The notes beneath the pieces are model-generated. The model searched no databases. It saw only the letters and a program-made list of their open reading frames with translations, and was not told the origin of the DNA. DNA of 50,326 nt from Terriglobia bacterium. GTDB lineage: Bacteria > Acidobacteriota > Terriglobia > Bryobacterales > JACQDG01. Positions within the stretch are counted from its first letter, which is position 1. Each line of letters opens with the position of its first letter. The stretch covers positions 1-50,326 of the forward strand of contig JBGOUJ010000002.1 in NCBI GenBank assembly GCA_041477005.1, given 5' to 3'. This document shows positions 1-9,883 of the stretch, piece by piece. The position numbers were made by a program, and so were the translations under genes.

Positions 1-2
1 CT

Positions 3-173
3 GGGAATGGCCGCCGAATTGAAAGTGGCGTCCTGGTTCACGACGTCGATCTGCAAGGTCCCGAAGAAGTACTTGCCCGCCCCGCAAGCGGTGCAACCTT
101 CCGGAGCTCGCAGGCCATCTCCTTAGATACCCGTGAAATCCTGCAGATCTTTCGGAGCGAACTGGAAGCTTGA
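3..173 (+). CDS. 3' end of an unknown CDS entering from the left edge (partial)
   Basis: Frame open from the window start (GNGRRIESGVLVHDVDL...LQIFRSELEA*) to TGA at 171-173, converging on ltaE. Confidence 0.4.
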   Translation, partial: GNGRRIESGVLVHDVDLQGPEEVLARPASGATFRSSQAISLDTREILQIFRSELEA

Positions 174-183
174 GCGCCTCCGA

Positions 184-1227
184 TCACTGCGCGCGCGCCG
201 CTGCCGCGATCGACTCGAGCGCCCGCTGGCAGCCGGCGCGGTCCACGTCGTGGTGTGTGACGATGCGCAACTGCCGGTCGTTGATCGGGTTGATCAGGAC
301 TCCGCCCTGCTTCAGCCGCTTGGAAAAATCACCCGCCGGCAGGCCGGTCCCCGAGACGTCGAACATTACGATGTTGGTCTGCACCTTGGCCAGATCCACT
401 TGAATCCCCGGCAGCTTGCTCAGCCCTTCGGCGAGCCATCGCGCGTTGCAGTGGTCCTCGGCGAGCTTGGCCGGGTGCTTTTCGAGCGCGATCAGCCCGG
501 CCGCCGCGAGCACTCCCGCCTGCCGCATCCCGCCGCCGAGCATCTTTCGCACCCGCACCGCCTCATTGATGAACTGGCGCGCTCCCACGACCATCGATCC
601 TACCGGCGCGCCGAGTCCCTTGGAGAGACAAAACATCACCGAGTCGAACGGCGCCGCCAGCTCGCGCACCGGGCGGCCCAGGTAAGTGGCCGCGTTGAAA
701 ATCCGCGCTCCATCCAGGTGCACCTTCAGTCCCGCCTCGTGCGCCCGGGCGCAAATTTCGAGCATTACCTCTAGCGGATACACGGCGCCACCAGCCATGT
801 TATGCGTGTTCTCGAGTGTCACCACCTGGCTGCGCGAGTAGTAATAAATGTCCGGCCGCAGCTTCTCGCGGATCTGCTCCCACCGCAGCAGCCCGTCGGC
901 GGTCGGGATCGTCCGCGCCAGGCAGCCGGAGAACGCCGCCATCATCCCCATCTCGAAATTGAAGATGTGGCACCGCTCCTCGCAGATCACCTCCGCCCCC
1001 GGCTGGGTGTGCAGCTTGATGGCGATCTGGTTGCCCATCGTCCCGGATGGTACAAACAGCGCCGCCTCTTTGCCCAGGGTCGCCGCCGCCAGCTCTTCCA
1101 GCCGGTTGACGGTCGGGTCCTCACGATACACATCGTCGCCGACGTCGGCCTCGGCCATCGCCTGCCGCATCTCGGGCGTCGGCTTGGTCACCGTATCGCT
1201 GCGCAGATCCACTACGCCATCAGTCAT
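184..1227 (-). CDS. ltaE: Low-specificity L-threonine aldolase (PLP-dependent)
   Basis: DLRSDTVT N-terminus, LENTHN, HLDGAR, PLP lysine in [20 protein letters not shown]. Confidence 0.93.
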   Translation of the reverse strand: MTDGVVDLRSDTVTKPTPEMRQAMAEADVGDDVYREDPTVNRLEELAAATLGKEAALFVPSGTMGNQIAIKLHTQPGAEVICEERCHIFNFEMGMMAAFSGCLARTIPTADGLLRWEQIREKLRPDIYYYSRSQVVTLENTHNMAGGAVYPLEVMLEICARAHEAGLKVHLDGARIFNAATYLGRPVRELAAPFDSVMFCLSKGLGAPVGSMVVGARQFINEAVRVRKMLGGGMRQAGVLAAAGLIALEKHPAKLAEDHCNARWLAEGLSKLPGIQVDLAKVQTNIVMFDVSGTGLPAGDFSKRLKQGGVLINPINDRQLRIVTHHDVDRAGCQRALESIAAAARAQ

Positions 1228-1282
1228 AGGATAGTCGCCTCAAAGATCGTGGAACCGCAGATGAACGCGGTTCGAAATCTCT

Positions 1283-2389
1283 TCAATCGATGAACTCCTG
1301 GAAGACTAGGTTCGAAAGCAGCACTCCGCGATCGGTCAATCGCAGCCGGCTCCCTTCTCGAGCCAGCAGACCATCTTCTCCCAGCCGCCGGATCGGCTCG
1401 GCAAAGCGCCGCCACTCTTCCTCGTCCGGCTCGATCCCATCCAGCTTGCGCAGCCCCACAAAGAAATGCTCCTCCATCGCCTGCCGCGGGCTGACATCCT
1501 CGCTGTGCGCCACCGGCGAGACGCCCGCCCGGAATCGCTCGACGTATTCCCGAGGCGTCTCCACGTTCGACCAACGCCGCCGGCCGTCAAAGGAATGAGC
1601 ATCGGCTCCAAAGCCCCGATACGGCTCCCGCCGCCAGTATTTCAAGTTGTGCGCCGACTCCTGTCCCGGCCGGGCGAAATTGGAGATCTCGTACCGCTCG
1701 ATTCCGAGTTGCCGGAGCCACTCCGCGGCTTCGAGATAGAGGTCTGCGATTTGCTCCTCGCTCGGGACGGAGCCGGCGCCGTAACGGCCGCCGCCCTGGA
1801 GCAGTTCCCTGCCCAGCCGGCTGTCTTCATCCGCTTCGAGGATGTAGATCGAAACGTGCGGCGGACCGATCCGCTCGATCCAGGCCAGTGATTCCCGCCA
1901 GCTCTCTGCCGTCTGATGCGGCAGGCCGGCGATCAAGTCGACGTTGATTTTCGAGATCCCTTCCCGCCGCAATAGCCGGACCTCTTCTTGCACCTGCTGT
2001 GCCGAATGCTTTCGCCCCGTAGCGGCAATTTCGCGCGCCACAAACGATTGCACCCCCAGGCTCACGCGGTCGATCCCGAGCCCCCGCCACAAGGCGGCCC
2101 GCTCCGCGGTGACGGTTCCCGGCGCCGCCTCGATGGTCGACTCAGCCCAGGCCACCTGGGGCAGTCGCCGCAGGATTGGGCCCAGCTCCTCCGGCTCGAG
2201 CAGGCTGGGCGTGCCCCCGCCCAGATACAGCGTGTCCGGCGGCTGCGCCCACCGCTCGGCGGCGATCTCGGCATGGAGCGCCGCCAGGTAGTCCTGCACG
2301 AGATCGGCCGGAAACACCCCCGAGGCGAAATTGCAGTACGTACACTTCTGCGCGCAAAACGGAATCGAGATGTAGACGCCGCTAGACAA
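1283..2389 (-). CDS. hemW: Radical SAM heme chaperone HemW (HemN-like)
   Basis: YISIPFCAQKCTYCNF (CxxxCxxC), GGGTPS, YEISNF, HNLKYW. Confidence 0.9.
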   Translation of the reverse strand: MSSGVYISIPFCAQKCTYCNFASGVFPADLVQDYLAALHAEIAAERWAQPPDTLYLGGGTPSLLEPEELGPILRRLPQVAWAESTIEAAPGTVTAERAALWRGLGIDRVSLGVQSFVAREIAATGRKHSAQQVQEEVRLLRREGISKINVDLIAGLPHQTAESWRESLAWIERIGPPHVSIYILEADEDSRLGRELLQGGGRYGAGSVPSEEQIADLYLEAAEWLRQLGIERYEISNFARPGQESAHNLKYWRREPYRGFGADAHSFDGRRRWSNVETPREYVERFRAGVSPVAHSEDVSPRQAMEEHFFVGLRKLDGIEPDEEEWRRFAEPIRRLGEDGLLAREGSRLRLTDRGVLLSNLVFQEFID

Positions 2390-2774
2390 TCTTCACCCAC
2401 ACTTCCCGGTGACGCGGCCCGTCGAATTCACAAAAGAAGACTCCCTGCCAGGTCCCCAGCGCCAGCCGCCCGTCCTCGATGATAACCGTTTGCGAGCAGC
2501 CCGTCAGCGTGGACTTGATGTGGGAATCCGAGTTGTGCTCGTAGTGCTTGTAGTCGCCCTTTTGCGGAACCAGCTTTTCGAGGGCCGCCAGGATGTCGCG
2601 CGCCACGTCCGGATCGTCGTGCTCGTTTATGGTGATCGCGGCGGTGGTGTGCGGAGCGAAAATACACGCCAGCCCGCTCTTCACGCCCGACCGCTCCACT
2701 GCCTTCTGCACCGCGGCCGTCACATCCACCATGACGTTCCGCGCGGCGGTGTCGACTTTGAATTTTTGCAGCAT
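2382..2774 (-). CDS. yjbQ: YjbQ/UPF0047 secondary thiamine-phosphate synthase family protein
   Basis: HTTAAITINE, NSDSHIKS, LGTWQGVFFCEFDGPR; start moved to ATG 2774 (MLQKFKV). Confidence 0.88.
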   Translation of the reverse strand: MLQKFKVDTAARNVMVDVTAAVQKAVERSGVKSGLACIFAPHTTAAITINEHDDPDVARDILAALEKLVPQKGDYKHYEHNSDSHIKSTLTGCSQTVIIEDGRLALGTWQGVFFCEFDGPRHREVWVKIV

Positions 2775-2865
2775 GATTTCTGTTATTCTATCGAAGGTAA
2801 GCTCTAACTGACTCTTTTCGGGACCCTCGGGCGTCAGAGAGGTTTGGCCACTGCCCACAAGCGCT

Positions 2866-4650
2866 ATGCCCTGTAGCTGTATCCGGCACACCGATCTGCC
2901 GCACACCTCGAAGCTGTTCGCCGACCTCGTTTATCACTTCGACCGCGTCCGAGCCTTGTACCCTTATCCGCCCCTCGCCCCCGAATCCTTCACGGCCGCC
3001 GCCGAGCAGGTGCGCCTCGATAGCGCCCACCGCGTCCGGTTGGTGGAAGCTCTAGCCGAAGCGAACCGCGATGGCGGGGCGGCGGCGCTGGAAAGCCTGG
3101 ACCGCCTGTCGCGACCCGAGACACTTGTCGTCGCCAGCGGCCAGCAGGTCGGCCTGTATTCCGGGCCCGTCTTCACGATTTACAAAGCGCTCACCGCCGC
3201 TCGCCTCGCCGCCGCTCTCAACGAGCGCGGTCTGCCGTCGGTGCCGGTCTTTTGGCTAGCGACCGAAGATCACGACCTTGACGAGGTGAGCCACGCCTGG
3301 GTGTTCGACGCCGCCGGCCGCCCGGTCCGGCTGCAGGCCGCCGCTTCGCCACAGCCGAATCAGCCCGTCGGCGAAGTCCGCTTGAACGACAATGCCGCCG
3401 GCGCCCTCCAGGCGGCCCTGGCCGGGCTGCCGTTGGGCGACGAGGTTAGCCGGCTCGCAGTCAAGGCTTACGCCAACGGCGTCACCTTTGCCTCCGGATT
3501 CAAGCAGCTTCTGACCCGCCTGCTCGCCCCCTACGGCATTCTGTTGCTCGATCCGCAGTCACCGGCGATGCGGCGCCTCGCCGCGCCGATCGTCAGCCGG
3601 GCGATTCGGGAAGCCCCCGAACTCACCGCCGCATTGCTGGCCCGAGGCAAGGAGCTGGAGAGCGCCGGGTATCACATCCAGGTCCACATGGAGGAGAAGA
3701 CCTCCCTGTTTTTCCTGCTGGAGAACGGCCGCCGCACCGCGCTCCGCCGCTCCGGCGATTCCTACACGGCCAACGGCGTCGCCCATTCGAGCGCCGAGCT
3801 GCTGGCGCGGCTGGAGCGCAGCCCCGACGACTTCTCCCCCAACGCCCTGCTTCGCCCCATCGTCCAGGACCACCTGCTGCCGACCGTAGCCTATATCGGC
3901 GGCCCGGCCGAGTTGGCCTACCTGGCTCAGGCCGAGGTCCTTTATCGCCGCCTGCTAGGGCGGATGCCCGTGGCCGTGCCCCGAGCCGGCTTTACGATCC
4001 TGGATGCCCGGGCTGAGAAGCTTCTGGCGCGCTACGGGCTCACCGTCCAGGACGTTTTTGCCGGCGCACCGGCGGTCGAGCAGCGCATCGCCGCCAGCCT
4101 CATCCCGGCGGCTCTCCAAGAAACCTTCCACTCCAGTCACGGCCAGATCGAGAACAGCCTGGGCCGCCTCGATGCTCAGTTGCTGGCCTTCGATCCCACG
4201 CTGGCCGCCGCCCTCACCAAGTCCCGAAGGAAAATCGAATACCAGTTCTCCAAGGTTCAGGCCAAGACAGCGCGGGAGAGCCTCCGCCGCTCCGACCGCG
4301 CTCGCGCCGACGCCGCGTACCTCTCCGGCCTGATCTTCCCTGAAAAGACCCTTCAAGAAAGACTTTACTCCGTGCTTCCCTTCCTGGCCCGCCACGGAAT
4401 GGACCTGATCGGCCAGCTCTACGCCTCCATCCGCTTCGACTGCCCGGATCATCAAGTGCTGGCAACGAGAGGGGGAGAGGGGAGTCTCCTCCTGCCGCCA
4501 GGCAAAATCAAGGCTAATCCAGTCTCTTCCGGAAGCGCGCCACGCTCAGACCTAGTACGGCGACACCGTAAATCAGCAGGGCGACCATCTGCGGCCAGAG
4601 CACGGAGATCCCGGCGCCCTTCAGAAAGATGCCCCGCACAATTTCCATGA
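2866..4650 (+). CDS. bshC: Bacillithiol biosynthesis cysteine-adding enzyme BshC
   Basis: GQQVGLYSGP, PVFWLATEDHD, SPNALLRP, YIGGPAELAYLAQ, LQER; recognisable sequence ends near 4465 and the ORF runs on into the convergent gene. Confidence 0.88.
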   Translation: MPCSCIRHTDLPHTSKLFADLVYHFDRVRALYPYPPLAPESFTAAAEQVRLDSAHRVRLVEALAEANRDGGAAALESLDRLSRPETLVVASGQQVGLYSGPVFTIYKALTAARLAAALNERGLPSVPVFWLATEDHDLDEVSHAWVFDAAGRPVRLQAAASPQPNQPVGEVRLNDNAAGALQAALAGLPLGDEVSRLAVKAYANGVTFASGFKQLLTRLLAPYGILLLDPQSPAMRRLAAPIVSRAIREAPELTAALLARGKELESAGYHIQVHMEEKTSLFFLLENGRRTALRRSGDSYTANGVAHSSAELLARLERSPDDFSPNALLRPIVQDHLLPTVAYIGGPAELAYLAQAEVLYRRLLGRMPVAVPRAGFTILDARAEKLLARYGLTVQDVFAGAPAVEQRIAASLIPAALQETFHSSHGQIENSLGRLDAQLLAFDPTLAAALTKSRRKIEYQFSKVQAKTARESLRRSDRARADAAYLSGLIFPEKTLQERLYSVLPFLARHGMDLIGQLYASIRFDCPDHQVLATRGGEGSLLLPPGKIKANPVSSGSAPRSDLVRRHRKSAGRPSAARARRSRRPSERCPAQFP

Positions 4651-5665
4651 AGTAGCGCACCGGGTTGAGATAGGTCAAGTACTGCACCGCGAGCGGCATG
4701 TTGCGGATCGGAAAGGCGAAGCCGCTCAGCAGGAAGGCCGGCACGATGAAGAAAAATTGGGACATCATGGCCTGCTGCTGCGTCCGGGAAATGGTGGAGA
4801 GGAACAGGCCGGCGCCCAAAGTCGTCAGCAGGAACAGTACGGAGCAGAACAGGAGAAGCACCGCGCTGCCGCGCAGCGGGGTGCGGAAGATCAACAGCGC
4901 GGCCGAGGTGACCAGCACTACATCGAACAAACCGATGATAGCGAACGGCAGCGTCTTGCCGATGATCATCTCGATCGGCCGGATCGGCGTCACCATCAAC
5001 TGCTCCATCGTCCCGATTTCTTTTTCCCGCACGATCGCCTGGGCGGTGAGCGAGAGCGTGACGATCATGATGATGTTGACGACCACGCCGGGCACAAAAT
5101 AATTCCGGCTTTGCAAGTCGGGATTGAACCAGACGCGGGGGCGCGAGACCAGGTTGGGGGCGGCGAAATTCGGGGCGCTCGCGGGGGCGCGGGTCATCAC
5201 GCGCATGTTTTGCTGCTCGACCAGGACCTTGCTCGAGTAGCCGGCGATGACGCTCGACGTGTAGCCCAAAAGCAGCGAGGCGGTGTTGGAATTCGAGCCG
5301 TCGATCAGGATCTGCACCGGAGCCGGCTGCCCGCGCCGGATGTCGCGCTCGAAGTTCGGCAGCACCCGCACCACGGCCTGCACCTGGCCTTTGTCGAGCA
5401 GGCTCTGCACTTCTGCTTCGCTCGAGGGCGTCGCCACGATGGTGAACCGCGAGGAACCCTGGAAGCCGGCCAGCAGATCGCGGCTGGCCGGCGTGCGGTC
5501 CAGGTCCATCCAGGCAATGCGGCTGTTTTCGATGTCCATGTTGACGGTGTAGCCGAAGATAAGCAACTGGATCAGGGGCGGAGCGATCAGGGTGGCTCGC
5601 ATGCGGGTGTCCCGGAGCAGTTGAATGAACTCTTTCCAGACGATTTCTCGAATTCGTTCCCACAT
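4514..5665 (-). CDS. ABC-2 type transporter permease (YbhR-like)
   Basis: KEFIQLLRD, DGSNSN, REKEIGTMEQLMVTP, LSGFAFPIRNMP. Confidence 0.9.
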   Translation of the reverse strand: MWERIREIVWKEFIQLLRDTRMRATLIAPPLIQLLIFGYTVNMDIENSRIAWMDLDRTPASRDLLAGFQGSSRFTIVATPSSEAEVQSLLDKGQVQAVVRVLPNFERDIRRGQPAPVQILIDGSNSNTASLLLGYTSSVIAGYSSKVLVEQQNMRVMTRAPASAPNFAAPNLVSRPRVWFNPDLQSRNYFVPGVVVNIIMIVTLSLTAQAIVREKEIGTMEQLMVTPIRPIEMIIGKTLPFAIIGLFDVVLVTSAALLIFRTPLRGSAVLLLFCSVLFLLTTLGAGLFLSTISRTQQQAMMSQFFFIVPAFLLSGFAFPIRNMPLAVQYLTYLNPVRYFMEIVRGIFLKGAGISVLWPQMVALLIYGVAVLGLSVARFRKRLD

Positions 5666-5669
5666 GGTC

Positions 5670-6803
5670 TTAGGCCAGCTTTTGTCTCATCTTTCGCACC
5701 GCGCCCAGAAACACGGCCGTTCCGAACACACCCAGAAAAAGAATCTCAGTCCACAGAACCTGCAAGCCCACCCCTTTCAGGAAGATTCCTTTCAGGATCG
5801 TGATGAAGTAGCGGGCGGGCACTATGTAAGTGACCAGCCGGACCGGCGCCGGCATGTTTTCGATGGCGTAAATGAATCCCGAAAGCTGCATCGCGGGCAA
5901 GAACGACGTCAGCAGGCCGAGCTGGAAAGCCACCATCTGGGTCCTGGCTGCGGCCGAGACGTAGATGCCCCAAAACAGCGCGCCAAAAAGAAATATGCTG
6001 CTCGTTGCGGCCAGCAGCAGAAAGCTTCCGCGCATCGGAACATCAAATACCAGGATGCCCACCGCGACGGCGATGATCGTGTCAACCACACCCACCGCAA
6101 AGAATGCCAGCATCTTCCCCAGCACCATCTCTCCCGGCCGCACCGGCGTGGAAAGCAGTTGCTCCATGGTGCCCATGTCCCATTCGCGGGCGATCGTCAG
6201 GGAGCTCAGCATCGAGGCGATAATCATGAGGATCACCGCGATCAGGCCGGGGACGATGTAATTCTTCGATTCGAGCGAGCTGTTGTACCAGACCCGCAAC
6301 TGGGCGTCGACCGGCGAGGCCAGCGTCGCGCCGCCCTTGCGGTTCTGTCCCTGGGAGCGCAGCGCGAAGGAATAACCACGTAACACCGTGTCGGAGTAGC
6401 CCAGGGCGATGGAGGCGGTGTTGGAATCGCTGCCGTCGAGCAGCACCTGGACGCGAGCCCCCTCACCGGCCCCGATGTGCCGCGAGTAATCGCGCGGGAT
6501 GGCCACGCCCATCAGGATCCGGTTGGTGTCGATGGCCTGTTCGATGGCGTGATAGTTATCCACGAAACCCGCAATCTGGAAATACCGGGACCCGGCAAAG
6601 CGTTGAATGAGCTCGCGGCTTTCTGGGCTCTGGTCGGCGTCGTAGACAAGCGTCGGAATGCGGTCCACATCGAGGTTCAGCGCCCAGCCGAACAGCACCA
6701 GAAACAGCAGCGGCAGCGCCAGGGCCATGCCCAGGCTGCGGGTGTCGCGCACGATGTGGCGCAGCTCTTTTTGGAATATCGCCCGCAGCCGTCGCCAGCT
6801 CAT
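5670..6803 (-). CDS. ABC-2 type transporter permease (YbhS-like)
   Basis: KELRHIVRD, DGSDSNTA, AREWDMGTMEQLLSTP, LSGFIYAIENMP. Confidence 0.9.
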   Translation of the reverse strand: MSWRRLRAIFQKELRHIVRDTRSLGMALALPLLFLVLFGWALNLDVDRIPTLVYDADQSPESRELIQRFAGSRYFQIAGFVDNYHAIEQAIDTNRILMGVAIPRDYSRHIGAGEGARVQVLLDGSDSNTASIALGYSDTVLRGYSFALRSQGQNRKGGATLASPVDAQLRVWYNSSLESKNYIVPGLIAVILMIIASMLSSLTIAREWDMGTMEQLLSTPVRPGEMVLGKMLAFFAVGVVDTIIAVAVGILVFDVPMRGSFLLLAATSSIFLFGALFWGIYVSAAARTQMVAFQLGLLTSFLPAMQLSGFIYAIENMPAPVRLVTYIVPARYFITILKGIFLKGVGLQVLWTEILFLGVFGTAVFLGAVRKMRQKLA

Positions 6804-7738
6804 GCGATCTTTTGCTCCTCGGCCTCAATCAGGGCCACAAACACGTCCTCCATCGACGGCTCGATCGGCTCGAGCCGCCGGATCTCGATCTGCCTCGCTG
6901 CGAGCGCCTGCCGTATGTGGGACGACGCCGCGTCGGCGTCATCCACCGCGACATGCAATCCCGCACCGAAGACGGCTACGTCCAGAATACCGGGTAGTGC
7001 TTCGATGGCCCGCATGCTCTCCAGCAAATCGGAAGAGTCGAGCTGCAGCAACTGGTGCGAGTGCAATTCGCGCTGGAGCACGCCCGGCGGGCCGAGCGCG
7101 ATCACTTTACCGGCATACATCAGGGCCAGGCGATGACAGTACTCGGCCTCGTCCATAGAGTGCGTGGTGACGAAAACGGTGTGGCCGGCGGCGGAGAGTT
7201 GATAGATCAGATCCCAGAACTCCCGGCGGGCGATGGGGTCGACGCCGGAAGTGGGCTCGTCGAGAAACAGGACCGGAGGCTGATGCAGGATGGCGCAGCC
7301 GAGCGCCAGGCGCTGCTTCCAGCCCCCCGAGAGCAGACGGGTCAGCGAGCGTCTTCGCTCTTCCAGGCCCGCCATGCGAAGCACGTAGTCCTTGCGTTCG
7401 GCGCGCAGGCTGCGGGCGACGCCATAGACGCCGCTGAAAAAGTCGATGTTCTCCTCGACCGTCAGATCGTCGTAGAGCGAGAATTTCTGCGACATATAGC
7501 CGATGTTCTGGCGGACCTCTTCCGGGTGAACGGTCACATCGCGCCCGCCTACCAGCGCCCGCCCGGAGGTCGGCGAGAGCAGACCGCACAGGACACGAAT
7601 GGTCGTCGATTTGCCCGCGCCGTTCGGCCCCAAGAAGCCAAAGATCTCTCCCTTCTCTACTTGCAGCGAGACGTGGTCGACAGCCACGAACGCGCCGAAG
7701 CTCTTCACCAGGTTGTCGACTTCCACGGCCCAGGTCAT
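6800..7738 (-). CDS. ABC transporter ATP-binding protein
   Basis: Walker A GPNGAGKST, LSGGWKQ signature, LFLDEPT. Confidence 0.92.
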   Translation of the reverse strand: MTWAVEVDNLVKSFGAFVAVDHVSLQVEKGEIFGFLGPNGAGKSTTIRVLCGLLSPTSGRALVGGRDVTVHPEEVRQNIGYMSQKFSLYDDLTVEENIDFFSGVYGVARSLRAERKDYVLRMAGLEERRRSLTRLLSGGWKQRLALGCAILHQPPVLFLDEPTSGVDPIARREFWDLIYQLSAAGHTVFVTTHSMDEAEYCHRLALMYAGKVIALGPPGVLQRELHSHQLLQLDSSDLLESMRAIEALPGILDVAVFGAGLHVAVDDADAASSHIRQALAARQIEIRRLEPIEPSMEDVFVALIEAEEQKIA

Positions 7739-8691
7739 AGCGCAGCCCCTGGCCTGTCCGACCGCGGTTTCTCCGCTTGCGGTTTTTCCGCCTGCCGGAG
7801 CACCGCGATGAAAACATCCTCGAGCGACGGCGGGATCTGCCGGAACGTCGCCTGCGCGAGGCCTTGCCGGAGCTTTTCCAAAGAAGCGCCGGAGGGCGAA
7901 ACCAGAACATGCAACGCGGCGCCTGACACTTCGACGCTCATCACGCCCTCCTGGCGCTTCAAGTACTCCCTCGCGGCGCGCTGATCTCGAGCCTCGACCT
8001 CGTAGCAGACCTCGTTCAACTGCTGTTTCAAGGCCTCCGGCGCATCACAGCGGACGAGGCGGCCGCGGTCCATCAGGCCCACGCGGTTGCAGCGCTCGGC
8101 TTCATCCAGGTAGGCCGTGGTCACAAAAACCGTGATACCGTCCTTGACCAGTTGGTAGAGGATGGCCCAGAAGTCGCGCCTCGAAACCGGATCCACGCCG
8201 TTGGTCGGCTCGTCCAGAAACAGGATCTGCGGGCGGTGCAGCAGCGTGCACATGAGGGCCAGCTTTTGCTTCATGCCGCCGGAAAGCTGGCCGGCCTGCC
8301 GCCGGCGGAACGGCTCCATGCGGGTCATGGGAAGCAGGCGCTGCTTGAGCTCGTTTCGTTCGGCGCCGGTGATGCCGAACAGGTCGGCGTAGAAGTCCAT
8401 GTTTTCTTCCACGGTCAAGTCGGCGTAAAGACCGAAGCGCTGGGCCATGTAACCGATGCGGTCTTTCACCGCTTCAGTATCCCGCGCGACGTTGTGACCC
8501 GCCACCCAGGCTTCGCCCTCGGTCGGATCGAGCAGGCCGCAGAGCAGCCGCAGCGTGGTGGTTTTGCCGGCGCCATCGGGTCCGACCAGTCCAAATATCT
8601 CGCCGCGCGCCACTTCGAGGTTGAGGCGGTCGACGGCCGTCAGCGCGCCGAACCGGCGGGTGAGGTCGCGCGCTTGAATGATCGTGTCCAT
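7735..8691 (-). CDS. ABC transporter ATP-binding protein
   Basis: GPDGAGKTT, LSGGMKQ, LFLDEPT; start ATG 8691 (MDTIIQARD) overlaps the upstream stop. Confidence 0.9.
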   Translation of the reverse strand: MDTIIQARDLTRRFGALTAVDRLNLEVARGEIFGLVGPDGAGKTTTLRLLCGLLDPTEGEAWVAGHNVARDTEAVKDRIGYMAQRFGLYADLTVEENMDFYADLFGITGAERNELKQRLLPMTRMEPFRRRQAGQLSGGMKQKLALMCTLLHRPQILFLDEPTNGVDPVSRRDFWAILYQLVKDGITVFVTTAYLDEAERCNRVGLMDRGRLVRCDAPEALKQQLNEVCYEVEARDQRAAREYLKRQEGVMSVEVSGAALHVLVSPSGASLEKLRQGLAQATFRQIPPSLEDVFIAVLRQAEKPQAEKPRSDRPGAAL

Positions 8692-9869
8692 TACTGCTGC
8701 CCCACCAGAATCTCGGCGTCCGCCGGCATGTTGAGCTTCAGCTCGTGCTGCGGGTTGGCGACTTCGATCTTGATGCGGTAAACCAGCTTCACGCGCTCTT
8801 CCTGCGTCTGTATCTGCTTGGGCGTGAACTCGGCCTCCGAGGAGATGAAGCTCACGCGGCCCCAATAGACCTTGCCGGGGAAAGAGTCCGTGGTGATCTT
8901 CGCTTTGGCGCCCTGTTTCACCCGTCCCAGGTCGCGCTCGTTGATATATCCGCGCAGCCAGGGATGATCCATGTCCCCCACTGTGACGACCGTGGTGCCG
9001 GGCGCCAGCACCTCGCCCACATCGGCGGACTTGACCAGCGCCACGCCGTCGATCGGCGAAGTGGCGATGGTGTCGTCGAGCTGCGAATCGAGCATCGCGA
9101 TCTGCGCCCGCTCGCGCTCGATCTCCGCGCGGCGGGTGGTCACCTCCTGCTCGCGCCGCTTCACCTCCAGCTCGTTTACTTCGGCGACCTTCACGCCGGC
9201 CTGGGCGCGCTTCACCTGCGCGGCCGCGGCGTCGATCTGTTCCTGCCGCGGCCCGATGAAGACCAGGGCCGCCCGCTCTTTGGCCGATTTCAGGGCGGCG
9301 CCGGCGTTCTCAAAGTTTTTGCGGTACTGATCGTATTGGGAAGTGGAAATATCATCGTCCTTGTGAAGCGTCTGGGCGCGTTCCCAGTCTTTCTTCGAGC
9401 GGTCGTACTCCGCCTGCGCCGCTTCGATGGAGGCCTTGGCGTCCTGGATTTCCTGCGGCCGCGAGCCGTTCTTCAACTGCGCGTACTGCGCCTCATAGGC
9501 GCTCAGGTCGGCGCGGCGCTGCTCGATATCGGCCTGCAGCGTTTCACGCTGCCAGCTCACGGCGGTCTCGGCCTGGGCAAACTGCGAGCGCGCCGATTCG
9601 AGCGCCGCATTCTCGCGCTCGCGCTGCCGCAGCAACTGGTCCCGGTCGAGGCGCGCGATGAGCATGCCTTTCTTCACCGACTCCCCTTCGTCTACCGTGC
9701 GCGCGATGAGCTTGCCCGCAACCTTGAAGGCAATGTTGACCTGGGTCAGCTCGATATTCCCCGAGAGAATGATCCGGTCGCCGGGCTGGCGGTTGAAGCC
9801 GCGGAACGTGAACAGAGCGGCGATACCCAGGCCGACCACGATAAGCAACCAGAGGAATCCCTTCTTCAT
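8691..9869 (-). CDS. HlyD family periplasmic adaptor (YbhG-like)
   Basis: N-terminal TM, long coiled coil, SPIDG, AEFTPKQIQT motif. Confidence 0.9.
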   Translation of the reverse strand: MKKGFLWLLIVVGLGIAALFTFRGFNRQPGDRIILSGNIELTQVNIAFKVAGKLIARTVDEGESVKKGMLIARLDRDQLLRQRERENAALESARSQFAQAETAVSWQRETLQADIEQRRADLSAYEAQYAQLKNGSRPQEIQDAKASIEAAQAEYDRSKKDWERAQTLHKDDDISTSQYDQYRKNFENAGAALKSAKERAALVFIGPRQEQIDAAAAQVKRAQAGVKVAEVNELEVKRREQEVTTRRAEIERERAQIAMLDSQLDDTIATSPIDGVALVKSADVGEVLAPGTTVVTVGDMDHPWLRGYINERDLGRVKQGAKAKITTDSFPGKVYWGRVSFISSEAEFTPKQIQTQEERVKLVYRIKIEVANPQHELKLNMPADAEILVGQQ

Positions 9870-9883
9870 CGGCGAGCACCCCC

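Noticed and set aside
1252-1273. Hairpin GAACCGC-N8-GCGGTTC between hemW and ltaE
   Set aside because: Single short stem without a U-tract; cannot be called a terminator or repeat from one copy
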